NCBI GenBank assembly: GCA_028534125.1
Contig: CM052816.1
Location: 21,392,001 to 21,456,000 of the forward strand
Length of the DNA stretch: 64,000 nucleotides
Origin: Lama glama
Lineage: Eukaryota
Reading direction: 5' to 3'
Both the position numbers and the translations under genes were made by a program. The number at the start of each line of letters is the position of its first letter. Positions within the stretch are counted from its first letter, which is position 1. Shown here piece after piece: positions 49,041 through 61,773 of this stretch. Below the pieces are notes generated by a model that was not told where the DNA came from, searched no databases, and saw only the letters and a program-made list of their open reading frames with translations.

Positions 49041-50625
49041 TGCTCTCTTCTCGGTGGCTCTTGCAAATGGGAGTTGGGGGTGAAGAGGAAGCAAGTAGTC
49101 CCCATGTTCCTGAGGGAAAACTTAGGCAGAATTCCAAGAGGAAGGAGGTCCTCGGGGAGTTGAGAAGTTGTTAGGGCACTGGCAGTCACCTGAGCCCCGT
49201 TGCATCTTCCTGTGGATCATCATGCATGCAACAGCTGCAACCCCCAAAGGCCTATGGTTTGGCTGGTCTGGGACAGGCCAATGCAAAAGTGGGGCCCCCA
49301 AGCACCCTTTGTCAGTGTGGAACCCAGCCAGCAAGGAGACTTGGGTTTCCTCAGCCTGGAAATGATGGTCATGGACCCAGCAGCAGGGGAGGTAGCTGCA
49401 GGGCATCTGCTCAGGACTGGCCTATCTTCAGTAATGGGGCAGGAAGGACTTCTCGCCAGACCACAGGCATCTTGATTTACTCACTTCTGTCACCCCAGGA
49501 TCCTACTGGATGAGTAAGACCCCCAGCCTCTGACACTTGGAGTGACGGAGAGGAGGTAGTAGCTAAACCTAAACCAGGGATGTGGAGGGAAGAAATAATG
49601 GACCAGGTAGGAGGATTTTTAATGACCAAGAATGACCTCTGTCTCCCCTCTTCCTTATTAAATTGTATGTTTCTGAAGGGCAGGTCTGTGGCTGATTCAT
49701 GTGTGTTTCTACCACACCCAGTTGATTACTTTGCAGAGAACTGGTATTCACTAAGCATAGCTCATTGGAGGTATAACTGGAAGCTAGTACACAGGACAAC
49801 AGATGACATCTGCTTTTCACACCTGGATCATCTGGGAAAAGGCAGTCCTGCTAGTCCAGTATCCTGACCAGGATGACCCCAAGGAGGAGCAGGGACTTCT
49901 TCATCTGGGGCATTCAGAGTGTACCTCCCTCCTGAGACCCCACCCACGTGACTAACCCTCCCTTCCTTAGCCAAAGAGAGACCATTTGGGGGAAATCTCC
50001 TGGCTCTATGTGTCTCCCTGGTAATAGAAAGGGAATGAGTGTGTGGTATAACATCTTTGTCCTTGGGTCTGGAAGAATTGTGAACCATGAGAAAGAAAAA
50101 TTCAGATAAAAACAGAATTTTTGAAAGTAAAATTGCTGTTTTTGCCTGAATTGTCAGATCAGCAGATTCTTTTTCCATTGGCCATTCCCACAGCATGTGT
50201 GCACTGCGTGGCTACAAATAATCCTGATGTTATATATTTAAAATAATGCCTTTCTTCAATCCTTCTTTGTCCATCAGTGTTACCTGTATTGCCCTCTAAA
50301 GGTGTGCAGCATGCAGGGCTTGTCTCTACAAGGCCAAACTCAGTATGCATTTATCACCTGCATATCTGTATAACCTGAAGCTTCAGGCTGAGGGTATTCA
50401 GAACCTATAGTGGGATATCCTGGAAACCAGATATTACACATATCTATGCACATGGCCTGAAATTAAGTGTATAGAATAAGGCCTAAGCTTTTCAGACAGC
50501 AGCCAAAGGCCTTCAGGCCATGTCCACCTGCCCACACCCCTCTCCCATCTTGTACTTCACTCACCTAACAATGTGGCTCAATTGCCTGGACCAGCTAGCT
50601 TTGACTTAAGCCAGTTCCCAAAGAG

Positions 50626-50794
50626 CAGTTTCTAGATCAGCAGCATCAGCATCACCTGGCATTTGTTAGAAATGCAAATTCTTAGGTCCCACCCCAGACC
50701 TACTGAACCATAATCTCTGGGGTGGGGCCCACCTGCCTGTGTTTTCACAAGTCCTCCAGATGATTCTGACATGCACTAAAGCTTGAGAACCACC
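50626..50794 (+). mobile_element. MER5A hAT-Charlie MITE
   Basis: CAGCAGCATCAGCATCACCTGG...TTGTTAGAAATGCAAATTCTTAGG...CCCCAGACCTACTGAA...GTGGGGCCCA...TTGAGAACCAC. Confidence 0.88.
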
Positions 50795-51246
50795 TGGTTA
50801 TGCCATTCCCTGAGGCTGGGTTGCTCTTCTGAGACCTTTTCTGCCTGTTCTCATTGCAACCGCTTTTCAAAGTTCAGCTCAATATTATCCCTTTCAGGAA
50901 GTCCTCCTAGTCCCCTGAGCACCTGTGAATGCATCTTCCTGGAACTCACAGCCCCTTTGCCATCCCCTTCCCCATTATGGTAAAAGAGCTTCATTTCTGC
51001 TTCTCTTTACAGCATGTATCTTCTTCTTCGTTTGAGAGAAAAGTGCGAGGATTTGTTAACTGCCTACCAGACTGATTCCACCCTAACACACACATCACTC
51101 TAAAAACACTTTCAGGAGTAAAGGCCACATCTTACTTCACTCACTCTGTCAACAAACATCTACTGAGGGCCTGTTATATGTGGCAGGAACTGTGCAGGGA
51201 TCTGGGGATTCAGAGATAAAAGGTGTGGTCTTAGCCTCCAGAAACA

Positions 51247-53705
51247 CAGAATCATATAATATTTACTTTTTTGGTATCTGGCTTCTATCGCTCAACATGT
51301 CTGAGATTCATCTATGTTGCTATGTGTCGAAACAGTCTGTTCTTTTTTAAATTGCTCTGGTATATTCCATTGTATGGATGTGACACAATTTATTTATCCA
51401 TTCTGTTCTTTTTTTAAATTGAGGTATAGTCAATTTACAATGTTGTGTCAATTTATGGTGTACAGCACAATTCTTCAGTCATACATGGATATACATATAT
51501 TCATTTTCATACTCTTTTTCACCATGAGCTACTACAAGATATTGAATATATTTCCCAGTGCTATACAGTATAAACTTGTTTATCTGTTTGATACATACCA
51601 GTCAGTATCTGCAAATCTCAAACTCCCAGCTTATCCCTTCCTACCTCCCTCCCCGCTGGCAACCACAAGTCTGTATTCTATGTCTTTGAGTCTGTTTCTG
51701 TTTTATATTCAAGTTCATTTCTTTTTTTTTCTTAGATTCCACATATGAGTGATATCGTATGGTATTTTTCTTTTGGCTTACTTAGAATGACATTCTCCAG
51801 GGCCATCCATGTTGCTGCAAATGGCGTTGTCGTTTTTATGGCTGTGTAGTATTCCATTGTATAAGTATACCACAGCTTCTTTATCCAGTCATTTGTTGAT
51901 AGACATTTAGGTTGTTTCCATGTCTTGGCTATTGTAAATAGTGCTGCTATGAACATTGGGGTGCAGGTGTCTTTTTGAATAAAGGTTCCCTCTGGATATA
52001 AACCCAGGAGTGGGATTGCTGGATCATATGTTAAGTCTATTTTTAGCCTTTTGAGGAATCTCCATACTGTTTTCCACAGTGGCTGCACCAAATTGCATTC
52101 CACCAACAGTGTAGGAGGGTTCCCTTTTCTTCACACTCTCTCCAGCATTTATCATTTGTGTACTTTTGAATGATAGCCATTCTGACTGGTGTGAGGTGAT
52201 ACCTCATGGTAGTTTTGATTTGCATTTCTCTGATAACTAGCGATATTGAGCATTTTTTCATGGGCGTATTGGTCATTTGTATGTCTTCACTGGAGAATTG
52301 TTTGTTTTGGTCTTCCGCCCATTTTTGGATTGGGTTGCTTGTTTTTTTCTTATTAAGTCATACGAGCTGTTTATATATTCTGGAAATCAAGCCCTTGTCA
52401 GTCTCATCTTTTGCAAATATCTTCTCCCATTCCGTAGGTTGTCATTTTGTTTTACTTATGGTTTCCTTTGTTGTGCAGAAGCTTGTAAGTTTAATTAGGT
52501 CCCATTTGTTTATTTTTGCTTTTATTTCTATTGGTTGGGTAGACTGCTGTAGGAGAACATTGCTGAGATGTACTGAGATAATGTTTTGCCTATGTTTTCT
52601 TCTAGGAGATTTACTGTGTCTTGTCTTAGGTTTAAGTCTTTAAGCCATTCTGAGTTTATTTTTGTGTATGGTGTGAGGGAATATTCTAACTTCATTGATT
52701 TACATGCAGCTGTCCAGTTTTCCCAACACCATTTGTCAAAGAGACTGTCTTTATTCCATTGGATGTTCTTGCCTCCTTTGTCAAAGATTAACTGACCAAA
52801 AGTTTGTGGGTTCATTTCTGGGCTCTCTATTCTGTTCCATTGATCCATATGTCTGTTTTTGTACCAATACCATGCTGTTTTGATTACTGTAGCTCTGTAG
52901 TATTGTCTGAAGTCTGGGAGGATTATTCCTCCAGCCTCATTCTTTTTCTTTAGTAATGCTTTGGCAATTCTGGGTCTTTTGTGATGCCATATAAATTTTA
53001 ATATGATTTGTTCTAGTTCTGTGAAAAATTTCCTGGGTAATTTGATAGGGATTGCATTAAATCTGTAGATTGCCTTGGGCAGTATGGCCATTTTAACAAC
53101 ACCGATTCTCCCAATCCAGGCACAATCCATTCTGTTCCGGATGGACATCTGGGCTGTTTCCAGTCTGGGGCCTTGTTGAGTGGGAAAACTACAGACATTG
53201 GTGGATATATGCACTCATTCCTCTTGAGCATATACCTAGGAGTGGAACTGACGGTTTATGGGATGGTGTAATCCTAGCTTTAGTAAATCCCGCTGAACAG
53301 TTTTCCAAGTTTCCAAATGTTCAAATTTATATTCCTACCAGCAACATATGAGAGTTTGCCAATATTTGGCATTATGAATCATTTAGGTTTTAGTCTTTTG
53401 GGGTGGTGTATAGTGGTATCTTATAAACTTTAATTTGCTTACTGGATATCTAGATATTCACTTTTAAGAAGCTCAAGACTTCTGCAGATTTTGTCTGTCT
53501 TTTTCTTATTGACCTTCAAGAGTTCTTTATATATTCTGGATACAAGTCCTCTGCCAGCTATGTTACTGAAAATATGAGCCTGTGGCTTGCCATTTCATTC
53601 TTTTAATGGCATCTTCTGATGAACAGAAGTCCATGAAAGCTCAATTTATCTTTCTTTTCATCTATAACTAGTATTTTTGTATTCTGTTTAAGAAATATTT
53701 ATTTT
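51247..53705 (-). mobile_element. Old L1 fragment (about 51247-51408 and 53125-53705) interrupted by a younger L1
   Basis: Both flanks read as one continuous antisense L1 (ATTTATCCATTCTGTT | GATGGACATCTGGGCTGTTTCCAG...ATACCTAGGAGTGGAA). Confidence 0.75.
51409..53124 (-). mobile_element. Younger 5'-truncated L1 (about 1.7 kb; ORF2 C-terminus, 3' UTR, polyA) with perfect 13-bp TSD
   Basis: ORF2p motifs [57 protein letters not shown] and CTPMFIAALFTIAKTWKQPKC. TSD ATCCATTCTGTTC at 51396-51408 and 53125-53137. Confidence 0.96.
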
Positions 53706-56700
53706 AATGTCAAGAAATTCAGTAAACAGAAATAATAACAAAAATAACTAATATTTAAAAAACAAACATGTGAAGGAAGGACAAAGTTTGATGATGAGTG
53801 GCAGAAAGACTGCATCTGACCATGAGGGTGTGCCCATTTGAGTGTGACGTGCAAAGCCTGGGCTTTGTTCTATGATGTGATATAGGTGAGAGGTGAGCCC
53901 CTGATCAGTTCAACAAGAAGGTGTTGCTGCCCAGTTTGGATGGGGTGCTGTATCAGGTCTGAGGATGGCTCTGTGGGGCAGGAGGACTCTGGCTGTCTGG
54001 ATCAAGAGAAGGACTATCCCTTTTCATGTGTGCTAAACTGGGTCCAGTCCCCAAAACCCTGGGGGCTCCCCCAGTCCAGGCCCTACTCTTCCTCCTCTGT
54101 GCCACAGCCTGCAAAGAAAGCTGTGTTGACACTTGTCCAGCTGGCTCAAGATGGGGAAATTCTCCCCTCCTGAGTCACCACAAACAGGAGGAGCTTCGCA
54201 TAACAAGCACGGGACTACAAATGATCGCTATGCTTGTTTCGCTATGCTGCCTCACTTCCAAAATCCCCTGTGATGCTTTCAGATGAAATCTAGATCCAAA
54301 AACTTTCCCCATGTTTCCCCCAGTTTGAACAGAACAATACCCAGGGAATCACAAGCTGCCTCATAAAATTGACTTCCCCAAAGAAAAGAGATCTCAGACT
54401 CAAGGTTATGAGTATGTAGTCTGGAGTGACGAAGCCCCCACCTCTCTTGCTAGAGGGTAGCAGGCTGGTGGCCCCTGTCACCTTGCCAAGAGGATCCCCC
54501 CACCTACCAGATGAACACAAGCCACCTTCTGCCTTCTCCAGCAGAAAGCCAATTCCAGCACCCCCAGGGCAGTTTTCTCCTCAACCAGTTTCATGGATAT
54601 ATACCACACATGATCTTAGTAGCTCAGAGATGTGGTGCACAGGTTCCCAACATCACTGCCCACAGAAGCCTACCTTCTCTCTAGGGCAGGGCAGTGACCA
54701 CAGCCAGATGAGACATTCATTTCTGATATGTTCATACTACTGGTCCTGGGGAAAACCACTAAGTGATCTCTAGCAGCAGCACCCAGATTCCTTGTTTGTC
54801 CTGGTTCCCCACTCCTCACCACTACTTTTTCCCATTTATCATCCTCTCATAAGAACTCAGAACTCCAGGGTAGGATAAAGGGGTCCCTGAAATCCACAAA
54901 TGGTATGTACAATTCTGGATGTTTGTGCATTTTTCTGAGGAAAGGGTCTACTTACTTCCTCAGATTCTGAAAGCAGTGTGTGACCTTAAAAAGGCTAAGA
55001 ACCACCAGACCAAGCCCTCTTTAAATAGAGCACATCAGTTTGATAAAGTTAATTTCCACTAATGACTTATGCATCTTTAGCTAACTGCACTTCCAAAATA
55101 ATACATGGGGAAAGAGAATGCTTAACTTAAAACATATTTCTAATAGCAAAACAGAGATAGTTGAAATCTGCGGTGGGGAGGATGACAGTGAAGCAGGAGG
55201 CCTTCTTCCTATCCTTTCAGCAACTCCCACAGGTGTGGAAGACCAGTTTTTCTCTCTAGATGGCTTTTTGAAGTCTACTTAAGTGGTGACGGGAGTTGGT
55301 GACTAGGATGTGTCAAAAAAGGCATTGGCATTTCTCAGCTGAAGCCCAGCCCCTCAGGTTTGATAACCTTCAAGGCCACTGAGACTGTTAATACCATAGA
55401 AAGGAGAGATTCTCCCTGTGACTTAGGGGCCCGGGAACCCTGTTTCTACCATTATATCAATCCTCAAATAGGAAGAGCATGCCTGAAGCACATGCTCCCC
55501 CCACCAAAGGGTCACGACCTCCGAAAAGCTATGTCTGCATCCTGGGTCCCTACTCTCTGCTGGTGATAAGACACAGCAACTGCCCTTACGAGGAGCAATC
55601 TGAGGCCTCCTCCCTTCTACTGCACCAGGCTTTTCCTCCTCTGCTCAGTCTCCTTTTCCCCTCTCAAAGCACGAGCTTCATGACCAAGCAAGGGCCCTGC
55701 CCCCACTGCAGTCAGAAGGAAGTGATTCTGCAAGGCCTCCCAGGGACTCCCAAGGCTGGCTCAGGCATCACGCTGTTAAATAAGTGGGATTTTTTTTTTC
55801 AGTGTTTTCAGAAACCGTTGTTTAAAAAAATATAACCAAACTGTTTATGTAATTCTTGGGAAGTCTCAACAGAAATGGTTCCCTATTTATAATTGTGGCC
55901 AGGACTTAAAAAATAAAAGTAGAGGGGCTGTCAAAATTGGAGAGGCTGTCACATTAAAATTTTGTGCTTTTGTAACATCAGAACTGTCTCCCTGAAATGG
56001 AGACCAAAATCTGCCCAGAACTCAGGTTTTTAGGGGTTTTTAGCATGATAATGCTGGAATGCATTTTTAAAAGCCTGTGAATATTCTATTTTCATAGACC
56101 TTCCATGCCTACTATGGCCTCCCCATCCACACATCTGCAGGGTCAGCTCTGTCTCCAGGCTGTCCTTCTTGGAGGTGGATGTCAGACCACTTGGTGCAGT
56201 ACTCAGGGGTTCAGCTCTCTGGACCTGTACCAACTGAATCCTATGGTCCCTAAACCTCAAACTCTGATTACAAGGGGAATGCAAACTTCTTGGGGGACAA
56301 TCACAGTGTGAAGGTGATGATTTGGGCTTCTTTCTAGAATCACCCTGGGGGCTCCACTACTCAGTGTTGGCACTGCAGCTATAATCCAGATTTTGTACGA
56401 AAACACCCTCTTTTTTATTAGAAAGACTGTTCTTTGGGTTAAAGCAGTGGTTTGGATCACAGACTTTTCTGGTAAGTAAGAATTGGATGAGAGCTATGTC
56501 TCCACCAAATGTACAACTTAATACTATTTCAGGGGAGACGGTGGGTTCACAGCCCATGAAGATGAGCCTGTGGACCCAGAGATAAGAACCCTGGTCCTAG
56601 TACAGGCTTCCTGATAATACAAAGCCTCTAAGTATTCATAACCACTGCCAAACAAGCAGTAGCAGCTGAGGTCTCACCCTAGAACCTCCCTGCTTCCACT

Positions 56701-57982
56701 TATACTGACAACACCTTAGGAGAGAAGGCAGAGTCATACGGCTCTCACACGTTGATGAGAAAACCCTAGTGCTTCTCCTGAGGACCTGACAGCTTGGAGA
56801 GGTTGAGGAGGGTGTCCAGGGTGTGGCCACCCCAGCCCTAACCTCCTTCAGCTGAGGGAAGGTAGCCAAGGGATATCTAAAGGAGGGTGGAGAGACTGGG
56901 TCAGCAGTTCTTACCCTTGTTCTCTCCACCCCCTTCTATCCCTACCAAGCCCTGATGTCAGCCCTACTATGCTCACCCAGGAAACCCTCAGCCATTTCCC
57001 ACAGGTCCCCTCCCAGGGAAGTTCTTTAACTGATAGGTGTGGGAAAGAGGAAGAGGAAAAATATTTCTATCCCTTCCAACTCTCTCCACTCTATGAACAC
57101 CCAGTTAGAGAATGATTACTCATCTGACCTGGAGATCTCATCCCAGGCATCTTAATGGCTCGTCTTATATCCATAAGGAGAATAAGTGACAAAGAAATGC
57201 AAAATCCCAACACATAAAAATGTATTTGAAAAAGGGAAGCCCCTCAAAAAGTTTCCATCTGTTGACCAGAGGAAATAAAATGATGACTTAAAAAAAAAAA
57301 AACCATTGGGGTCTTTCCAAATCATGGAGGAAAACATAAACAGAGAAAAGACATGCTCTAGTCTTAAAACTCTGACTTGGTACCAAACCATGTGATCCCT
57401 AACAGCAGTAAACAATCTCTCCCTAGCACCCTTTGGCCCACCTTGTCTATCCCACATTAGGCCCCAGACAATTCAACAAACATTTACTGACCACTGGCTG
57501 TGTGCTTCCTACCATTCCAGGGGTTGGAGTTCTCCAACCTTTAAGCATTTTGAGAGGAGCAGGTCAACGTTTACTGTGTACCTATATTGTCCTAGGTTTT
57601 GAAGTCTGAAGGGATAAGAATCTGAGAAAAGAGCAGCTAAGAATAATCCAACCTGGGAAGCACTAATCTACAAATAGCACCACAGGCACAAGAAGCAATT
57701 AATTTTGCATGGTGGGATCAGGGAAGGTGACCATGAGAGGTGATTATTTAAGTTGGGATTTGAAAACATATTAGGATTTTGATGGGCATAGCTGGGAAGA
57801 ACTGGCATTCCAAGCAGAAAGAAATGAGTGAGCGAAGGTCAGGGTTGGGAGGCAGGGTGGTATGAACAGTGGGTCATGTGGGGGATGGCATGTAGTGAGG
57901 CCAGTGGCACCAAAGCATGGGGTCTGAGAGCAGGAAGGAGGAAATAAAAGGTAGGCTGCAGTTTCTGACAGCCATGGATAAG

Positions 57983-58258
57983 TGTCACTCAGAGGAGCTG
58001 CTATATGGAGTGTGAGCCTGCAGCTTCAGCATCAGCCATACCTGTCATTCAAGCCAAGGCCCCACTGCCTCCTAGGAAGTTCCCAGCCAATGGCTGATTA
58101 TGGCAGGGGTGCTTGGGCCTGTCCATTTCTTCTCAAAGTGGGAGTCTGCTAATGCGCAATCTTTGTGTTGGAGCTTCCCATTGAGCTAACTGAGATGATC
58201 TTAAAGCTGCAGCACAGTAAGAGGATCTTCCTACCCAATTCTCCTTCCTTCACAGGGT
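57983..58258 (+). mobile_element. LTR16-like ERVL LTR fragment
   Basis: CCCAGCCAATGGCTGA...GGGCCTGTCCATTTC...AATCTTTG...CCTACCCAATTCTCCTTCCTTCACAGG. Confidence 0.65.
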
Positions 58259-58289
58259 GGTGAAAGGACCATTTAAAAGGACAGTGCAC

Positions 58290-58860
58290 CTACTGCTACA
58301 AACTTTTAACAAGAAGAAACCAGCAGCATATATAATTTACAATGTGTATACTCTTTAACCCAACAATCCCAATTTTAGAAATCTTCTAGAAACACTAGCA
58401 CAAACACATGAAAGTATAAGGATGAGGATGTTTACAGTAGCCTCATATATGTTAGCATGACATTGGAAAACTCCATGTTTATCTGTAGGAGGGAAGATCA
58501 AAAAATGGTATATCCATGCAGTGGAATAATACTATGCAACCTTTAAAAAGAATGTAGTAGGTTTTCTTGTACTGTCTTAGATGTACACAATATATTGCTA
58601 TTTGTAAAAACCCAATTGCTGAACAAATATACAGCATGATCCAATTTTCACAAAATCGTACATATATATATCTTCGACATTTGCTTGTATAAATAAGTCT
58701 GTAAAGAGATATATCAACTATTGATAGGGGTTATTTCTCAGGGTAGAAGGTTTTTACTTTTTATGTTTTTAAAAAGTACCAGTAATAGATTCTGGGTCTT
58801 ATTTTTATTTAGTTTTGTGCTTTTCTGTATTTTCCAATTTTAAGGTGATAAACAGGGTTC
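58290..58860 (+). mobile_element. Old L1 (L1ME-like) 3' fragment
   Basis: TTTAACCCAACAATCCCAATTTTAGAAAT...GGTATATCCATGCAGTGGAATAATACTATGCA. Confidence 0.65.
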
Positions 58861-59627
58861 ATTTCTCTTGAAAGAAAACAAAATTTGAATTTAAAAAGCT
58901 CCATATCTACCCAGAAAAAATATATGAAAATTCTTCATATTTCCTATCCAGAGAGAAAATAATAAAAACTCCTGTATAGTTGAGAAATCTGTCAATGGCC
59001 TGGTCTAGGTAAACAGGAATTAGAGATGAACTGGAACAGAGCTGAACACAGGGTAACAAAGACAGAAGTTCCAGAAGAAGCCCATAGTGCTATCCTGGGT
59101 AACAGGTAGATGACCCACAGAAGAGGAGTGGGTAGGGGAAGGAGCAGGAGAGGGGATGTGTGCTGAGTGTGCTGGCCTGAGTGTGGAGGGTCAGGCCAGG
59201 TAGTGTAAATGAGAAGAAATGTAAGTGACACTGGCTCCTGCCCTACAGCTCAGGAGAGCAGCCAGGGCTAAAAACTCATGACCTACAAAAGATTCAAAAC
59301 TTACCAACAGCACTCACCAATGGACTAAAATGTTAAATATAAACAGTGAAATTTAAAAAAAAAAAACCCTAAAAAAATTGGTAAATATTTATCTGATCTG
59401 AATGGAAAAGGACTTTAAATACAAAAGCAAATAGCATTTTAAAAGTCTATAAAAATTAACATTAAAAATAAAAACCTATCCTTTAAAAACAAAACTCAAA
59501 TAAAATCAAAAGGCAAGTAAAAATGGGGAGAATATTCACAACATTTACAGAGAGGAAATATCCTTCAAATGTTAAAAAACACAAGTAAGTAATGGGAAAA
59601 AATGCTCCAGTAGGTAACAGAGCATTT

Positions 59628-60125
59628 TGTATTGATCAGAATGTGATTCAGTTACATATAACAGAAAATAATAGTGGTCTAAAGAAGATAGGAGTTTCTT
59701 TCTCTCTCACATTAAGAAGAAGAGTTTGCAGCTTGTCAGTTCAGGGTTAGTACACAGTGGCTCCAGTAGTCATTAGAGACTTAGGCTTCTTCCAGCTCAT
59801 TCTGTTCCATCCCTAGGGTGCAGTTCTCATGGTCCATGCTGGTTGCTAGAGCTCTAGTCATCGTGCCCTCATTTAAGGAAGTTAGATGGAGAAAGAGAGG
59901 GTAGGTACAAGGGCACATCCCTTTCCTTTTAAGGAGACTTGTTTGAAGTCCCACATGACGCTTACATCTCGTTGGCCAGAACTCAGTCACATGGCCATAC
60001 CTAGTGGCAAGGGAGCCTGGGAAATATAGCCTTTTAGCAGGGTGGCAAAGGGCTCAGCTAAAAATTAGATTTGTTACTGAGAAAGAGGAGGTAATGGATA
60101 TTGGAAAGCAATTAGCAGCTCCTAA
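59628..60125 (-). mobile_element. MLT1J/K-like MaLR solo LTR
   Basis: TTTCTCTCTCACAT...ACATCTCGTTGGCCAGAACTCAGTCACATGGCCATACCTAG...GGGAGCCTGGGAAATATAG. Confidence 0.75.
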
Positions 60126-61157
60126 CATACATGTGAATAGAATTCTCAAAAGAAACACAAATGTAAAAGATTTTAAAACTGTCAACTTTACTAATAAATC
60201 AATGTAAAGTAGCCTTGTTATAGTCTCCTCCTGCTAAGATCTTAAAGGGCTGGCAAGACAAGCCATCAAGAGGACACTCTGGATCTGACCACCTTAATAA
60301 CAACCTCCATATAGCAGCCCACAAATAGAATCCCAGGGTAAGCCCTTCCACCTGCTGAATGGTTCCTGGTCCTTCTCCCCAGAGTCTCCCTCCAACACCA
60401 AGTGATGTGAGATGCTGTAAATGCTGGGAAGTGGAGAAAATTCTGCACCTAGGGATTCTGTAATTAAACTATGGCTAAAATTAAATTTTAGGTGTTTTTG
60501 AAAGTTCCTTAAAAAGTAATATCCTCATGCAAACTGAATCAGCAGTTTCAGAACTAAAAAGCTCTGCCCTGTGCTTGGGGTGTCAAAAACTAAGCATGAA
60601 ATCCGGCCACTAAAATAAGGACCAGTGTCAGGGAGAATTTGGCAACCCCAAGTTAACTCTTTCGGCAAATTCAGAACTTTACTTCAGACTCCAGAAGACT
60701 ATAATGTTAGTGCTTCCATCTCTCAGAATGCAGAGAAGACATGGCCAAGTATGGACTCTGAAAGCTTCTTATGTTCTTAGGCCAATTTCCAGTAGTCGCT
60801 ATGCCTTTTCTCCATCTTAGGTTGTCACCAGTCACTTCCCACTATTTACCTGAAAGCCTGCCTTTAGTATCCATTTATAATTTTTGCTCTTTTTAAATGG
60901 TTGTGTATCGTGAAACAAAATACAAGAGCAAATAGATACTTAATGGAGTCTGGGGAAGGGGTCTTTAGTGCCTGGGAAGCAATGTGATATAATGATTAAA
61001 CATATGTGCTTAGTCACATGTATCAGGAATATCTGGATTTGAACCCTTTACCATTTACCACCTGTGTGTTCTTGAATAAGTTATTAAATGTCTCTAAGCC
61101 TCAGGTTCCTTGTCTTACAATGGGGATAATATTGTGCTTACCTCATAAAGTTTATTA

Positions 61158-61590
61158 TACTGTCAGGGTCATGTAAAAACAGATGGCACACTCAAATTGG
61201 AAGGGTTTAAGGAAACTAACAAGGGTTAGTGAAGCACTTTAGGGCTAGCAACAGTGGGGAGCCGTTACCACTTCTAGCCTGAAGGTGTGAGGGAAGGGAA
61301 GAGGTAAGGGAGTCAGAAAAGGTGTCAGAACAGGTGTCTGGCTGGAGTTGTGGGTGCTGCTGGAGGATGCGGTTGGCCTGCAGTGACCCAAAGGCAACCC
61401 AGGGGAATAAATTCTTGACCTAGTTTTCCTGTGTTCACTGATCTCCTGCCAGTACTCCCCGTTAGCCAAACCTAGCCAGAAGCCAGAGGCAAAGTAGATA
61501 GTGATGCAGTGCATATAGGTAAGCCTCAGAGGGCACAGAGCAGGTGGAGACAGTGGAGAGCAGATCTGGAGGGGAAAACAGAAGAGCTTT
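61158..61590. mobile_element. LTR33-like ERVL LTR inserted in a MIR (MIR halves about 60985-61155 and 61595-61680)
   Basis: AAACAGATGGCACACTCAAATTGG...GGGCTAGCAACAGTGGGGAGCCGTTACCAC...AGCCTGAAGG. MIR motifs flank it (CTAAGCCTCAGGTTCC; CTTAGCACAGTGCCT). Confidence 0.65.
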
Positions 61591-61717
61591 TGGGAAGATT
61601 AAATAAAATAGAGAATGTGATGAGCTTAGCACAGTGCCTTGAACATAGTAAGTCCGCAAGTCCTCAATAGATGTTAATTCATTTTGAACTTTGGTTCTCT
61701 CTCTCTCGCTTTCTTTC

Positions 61718-61773
61718 TGGCTGCCTTTTTTACTTACTGCTTTCCTTTTGGCTGCCTTTTTTACTTACTGCTT
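61718..61773. repeat. Direct repeat, 25 bp identical, period 31
   Basis: TGGCTGCCTTTTTTACTTACTGCTT at 61718-61742 and 61749-61773. Confidence 0.9.

Noticed and set aside
52528..53214. 228-aa ORF
   Set aside because: L1 ORF2p fragment with an N-terminus borrowed from the flanking old L1; truncated and frameshifted, not a host gene.
14901..55862. Identical 10-mer TTCTTGGGAA at 14901, 36528 and 55853
   Set aside because: Noticed post hoc, with unrelated flanks and no supporting context for two of the three; cannot be told from chance.
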